The notes beneath the pieces were generated by a model. The model had not been told where the DNA came from, did not search any database, and saw only the letters and a program-made list of their open reading frames with translations. The translations under genes and the position numbers were made by a program. This document shows positions 62,995 to 64,000 of a DNA stretch of 64,000 bases, piece by piece. Source of the DNA: Eledone cirrhosa (taxonomy: Eukaryota); NCBI GenBank assembly GCA_964016885.1, contig OZ024758.1, positions 2,852,001-2,916,000 on the forward strand. The letters run 5' to 3'. Each line of letters starts with the position of its first letter. Position 1 is the first letter of the stretch.

Positions 62995-63740
62995 TTAACT
63001 ACTACTACCACCACCATCATCAATACAACTACCACTAAAACCAGCACAACTACTACTAACATCACCATCAATAATACTACTAACACCACCACCACCACCA
63101 CTACTACTAACATTTCTACTACCGCTACTTCCTCTACTACTACTACTACTACCACCACCATCATCAATACAACTACCACTAAAACCAGCACAACTACTAC
63201 TAACATCACCATCAATAATACTACTAACACCACCACCACCACCACTACTACTAACATTTCTACTACCGCTACTTCCTCTACTACTACTACTACCATCACC
63301 ACCATCAATACAACTACCACAAACGCTACTCCTACTACTACCACCACCACCAGCACTACGACTAATAATACCAGTACTAATACTACTACCACCACTATTG
63401 CTACTACAGCAACCATAACCACTACTCCACCTACTAATACTCCTTCCACCACTACCACTACTACTATTCCTTCTACTAATGCTACTACTTCCACCACGAC
63501 TTCTATTTCTTCTACTAATCCTACTACTATCACCACCACTACCACTACTACCAAAAACGCTACCACTACTCCTACTGTTGCTTCTACTAATACTTCCACC
63601 ACTACTGTTACTCCTACTCCAGCTCCTACTAATATAATACTATCACCACTAGTACCACAAACATTAACACTACTCCTACTAATACTACTTCCAACACCAC
63701 CACTATGACAACTCCTACTACCACCATAACTACTACTACA
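62995..63740. repeat. Degenerate (ACT/ACC)n repeat with a 144-bp internal duplication
   Basis: CATCAATACAACTACCAC at 63018, 63162 and 63303. Confidence 0.88.
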
Positions 63741-64000
63741 ATTCTATAATGTTTTAAGCAACTTTTATGTTCCAATATAAGGCTCCTGGACGGAGTTACG
63801 AGTTTGAACTGAGCCGACACTGAATTGGACGCAAGCCAAATAAATGGTAACGAATTTCGTGGAAGGTTTAGTTGTTCGTAGATATTTCGTCAGAGCAGCA
63901 AAATGGACGGCAGTTAATCAAAACTTTTAACATTCTAAAACTTTAGAATTGAATAGATTCGATCGTTTCTCTTGAATAAAAACGCTGGCCCGCCTATCAA

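Noticed and set aside
62956-63708. 250-aa mucin-like Thr-rich ORF with ATG
   Set aside because: Explained by the (ACT/ACC)n repeat. It has no signal peptide, the antisense frame is also open, and the repeat continues past the stop. A mucin exon cannot be fully excluded without RNA data.

Overview
AT-rich eukaryotic, repeat-dominated DNA with no protein-coding gene I can support. The repeat content (huge (TA)n/(CA)n arrays, tRNA-derived SINEs with a GCCTTTCATCCTTACGGGGTCGATAAAATAAAGTACCAG core, RTE and CR1 LINE remnants) resembles an octopod cephalopod genome; this is inference. Nearly all long ORFs in the track are translations of microsatellites. Supported elements: about 15 copies or fragments of one SINE family, two copies of a second SINE, two RTE and one CR1 LINE fragments, a hAT-type MITE, a likely Helitron 3' end, foldback elements and many mini/microsatellites. 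The most notable structure is a perfect inverted repeat with 213-bp arms (8255-8697) inside a ~9-kb (TA)n field. Each arm carries a type I minimal hammerhead-ribozyme-like fold (CUGAAGA...GAAAC-GAUC-GUU, 7-bp helix I, long helix II) of the kind known from Penelope-like retroelements. All coordinates and alignments were read by eye.
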